Positions 30,604-32,888 of a stretch of 32,888 bases of DNA are shown here, piece after piece. The position numbers were made by a program, and so were the translations under genes. Origin of the DNA: Stramenopiles sp. TOSAG23-3 (lineage: Eukaryota). The stretch spans positions 1-32,888 of the forward strand of contig LT642212.1 of the NCBI GenBank assembly GCA_900128585.1, in the 5' to 3' direction. The notes under the pieces were generated by a model. The model was given only the letters and a program-made list of their open reading frames with translations, did no database searches and was not told where the DNA came from. Position 1 is the stretch's first letter; each line of letters opens with the position of its first letter.

Positions 30604-30687
30604 AAGGTCCATATTTTGCACGACGAAACGTGGGCCGACGGGGGAGTCGCCCCTTCCGAGATAGAACGGCGCAGCAGACCATTTCAA

Positions 30688-30763
30688 GCATGATCTATGA
30701 CGTCCATACGGCTGAAAGAAATCCTTTTGTTACAGGGAGACAGCCAATGGACCGAGACGATGC
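30688..30763 (+). promoter_or_regulatory. Eukaryotic SECIS element, type II
   Basis: Core ATGAC (30697-30701)/CGAG (30753-30756); helix II GTCCAT/ATGGAC and GGCTG/CAGCC; unpaired AAAGAA at 30715-30720; apical mini-stem TCCTTTTG/CAGGGA; helix I GCAT/ATGC. Confidence 0.88.
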
Positions 30764-31509
30764 CGCAGGGCCCTTGGACGGGCATGATTGAGATACAAAA
30801 CGACTTGCAATCATGTGATGGACCGGGGCCACAATCGCGGCAGTACATTTTTAAAAAAGGGCATGCGGCCTGTTCGTTTGCTGCGCGTACAGCGTTTTGA
30901 GTGAGTGTAAAAAATAATATGTTTTAAACTGAGACAAATGTAACGTATAGGGAATCCCTTCATTACTACTTCGGGAGAGTAATTTTCGATGCCCTGCCGC
31001 CCAATGAATTATGTTTCCGAGCCAGTGGTTTTCATGTTGATTAAATCAATGCGACGCACTTCTCGTGTTACGCTTTCTTGCGAAAATAAGTGAGGGGGTG
31101 AACCGAAGAGACGCGTCGTTTTCTTGGTTGTTTTACGAAGTATTTCTCTGGAAAATTATTAAAACATACACTACTGTATAATTTGTGTTTTACGACGTAC
31201 AACCCTCTATCTTAGCAGTGTAACCGTAAAATTATGTTTGCACTTCCATTTTTAAAACCAATCGTAATTTAACCTTTGTTCGCTTACGCGTGTTAGCGCT
31301 GGGCCCCAAGTACACTCGCAAGTACGCGCTCTGCTGCATCGAAAGAAACGACGCGGGCGACCCCGACGATACACCCATACGAATAAGAGTGCCGAGTCGG
31401 GTCCGTTTCCTTTCATTTCTTTCTCCTCCTCCCCGCCTTGCCTTTTGTTCCGCGCGCACGAACGGGCGACCGCCCGGCCACCACCCCCACTCCCTCCGGG
31501 AGAGCACAT

Positions 31510-32016
31510 TTAGCTGTTCGTGTCGTCAAAGCACCCAAAGACCTGGGTCCGTGGGACTTGCAGGCAGTACGAGCACAAATATTTGGCCGGGCATGGGTTC
31601 ATTTGAACCACGTCCTTTTGATCTACGGAATTGATAACCTTGCACGTGTTGGAGCGGAAGAAGCCGCACTCCGCGAGCTTGCACGCGTAATATTCACACC
31701 ATTCTTGCGCGTGTGGGGGCACGCCTTCGCACATGCTCGAGTAGTGCCCTACCCAGTTCCACTGGCGACTATTTTCCACAATTAATTCACACACACTACA
31801 CCTCTCTTTCTCCAATATTGGCTCGGCCGGCGGCGAGTTCGCCAACGTCGCGCACTTCTCTGGGGACAAGAGCGGTATGGCCCCGGAGGATACGGCTGCC
31901 AACGCACGCGCTTTTGTATCTACACCGTCCACCGTTACTATAGTTGCTAATACTACCACAACGACGCACGCCAAAAAAACTCGACACGATCGTGCCGACG
32001 AGGAACCAAACACCAT
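31510..32016 (-). CDS. Secreted Cys-rich protein, possibly saposin-like fold (168 aa)
   Basis: Hydrophobic N-terminal segment VFLACVVVVVLATIVTV; 12 Cys in the mature part including RCSVCELIV...MC...WC...PCPAKYLCSYC. Confidence 0.7.
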   Translation of the reverse strand: MVFGSSSARSCRVFLACVVVVVLATIVTVDGVDTKARALAAVSSGAIPLLSPEKCATLANSPPAEPILEKERCSVCELIVENSRQWNWVGHYSSMCEGVPPHAQEWCEYYACKLAECGFFRSNTCKVINSVDQKDVVQMNPCPAKYLCSYCLQVPRTQVFGCFDDTNS

Positions 32017-32703
32017 TCTTTAATATATTGTTTCTGATATAATGGGGGGGGGGCACGCACGGGAAGTAATAGGGAAGAGGAGATTGGGGGCTGGCTGGCT
32101 ACAAATGACCTCGTAAAGAAACAAACGGGTGACGAAAGAAAAGGGCTCTCTGTCGTTCGGCGTGGTATTGATTAACTCGTTGATCCAACTGAGTAACGTT
32201 CAGAATCTAACAAAGGTGGTACACGCGAGAAGAAAAAGATAGGTAGGATCACATTGAAAGAGAAGAAAGAGCCTTCACACACAAACAAACACCTTTCCGT
32301 TTACATTCCCTTCTTATCTCCGTTCGTTGTTCCCATGAAACGACGCGAAAGTAAAAAAGGAACACCCTTTAATTATATCTTATATACATATATAATCCTA
32401 AATAATAACATTGTCATAATATAAGTATTTGTTTGAACCATATTAGTACTTTAAATTCATTTGATCGTTTCTTTTTTCTAATATTCTCTTCTTCAATCCA
32501 TTTCCTTTTCGTTTGGATTTCTTCTTTATTTAACATGGAATACAATCCGTTTAATAACTAAATCAAGGTTTAATACTTAAAATATAATATACTATTCCCC
32601 CCCCCTCTTCTTCTTTTAAAAAAGAAAAATGAAAAGAGAAAAGCTTCCTTCTTTTTTGATAGGGAAATAGAAAGGTAGTCTAAGGATGTACTCCTCAAAA
32701 GGT

Positions 32704-32888
32704 TCTTTCTTTCTTCTTTCTTCTTTCTTCTTTCTTCTTTCTTCTTCTTCTTTCTTTTTCTTTCTTCTTCTTCTTTCTTTTTTCTTCTTCTTTCTTCTTC
32801 TTCTTCCTCTTCTTCTTCTTCTTCTTTCTTTCTTTTTTTCTTCTCTTCTTTGTTTCTTCTTCTTTGTTTCTTCTTCTTTCTTTCTTCT
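32704..32888. repeat. Compound (TTC)n/(TTTC)n pyrimidine tract
   Basis: Direct reading up to the end of the window. Confidence 0.95.

Noticed and set aside
30697-30900. 67-aa ORF starting at the ATG of the SECIS core
   Set aside because: The ATG is part of the SECIS AUGA motif in the 3' UTR; no protein features

Overview
Compact eukaryotic (protist, probably stramenopile-like; taxon is inference) genomic segment. It carries 12 apparently intronless, GC-rich protein genes separated by very AT-rich, microsatellite-rich spacers. In order: PP2A catalytic subunit, calcyphosin-like EF-hand protein, PP2A scaffold A subunit, kinesin-3-type FHA kinesin with degenerate switch motifs and a CaaX tail, a 2248-aa LamG/TerD/Rdx-like/EF-hand mosaic protein, RNA Pol III RPC34, legumain, an HSF-type factor, BRF1, a signal-peptide-bearing carotenoid oxygenase, a hidden gene at 29872-30603, and a secreted Cys-rich protein. 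The main result is the hidden gene. Two ORF-track fragments (29776-30012 and 30079-30603) lie in one frame joined by a single TGA (30010-30012). A stem-loop starts 7 nt after that TGA, and a textbook type II SECIS lies about 90 nt after the TAA. This is a strong candidate selenoprotein (243 aa, U47). It looks like a Sec-containing member of the uncharacterised UPF0728/C10orf53 family, fused to an acidic tail ending in FSMDEDF, which resembles the ribonucleotide reductase small-subunit docking peptide. Also noted: clustering of interacting partners (PP2A C with A; RPC34 with BRF1) and a recurrent promoter-side 9-mer, ATGCTGTGT.
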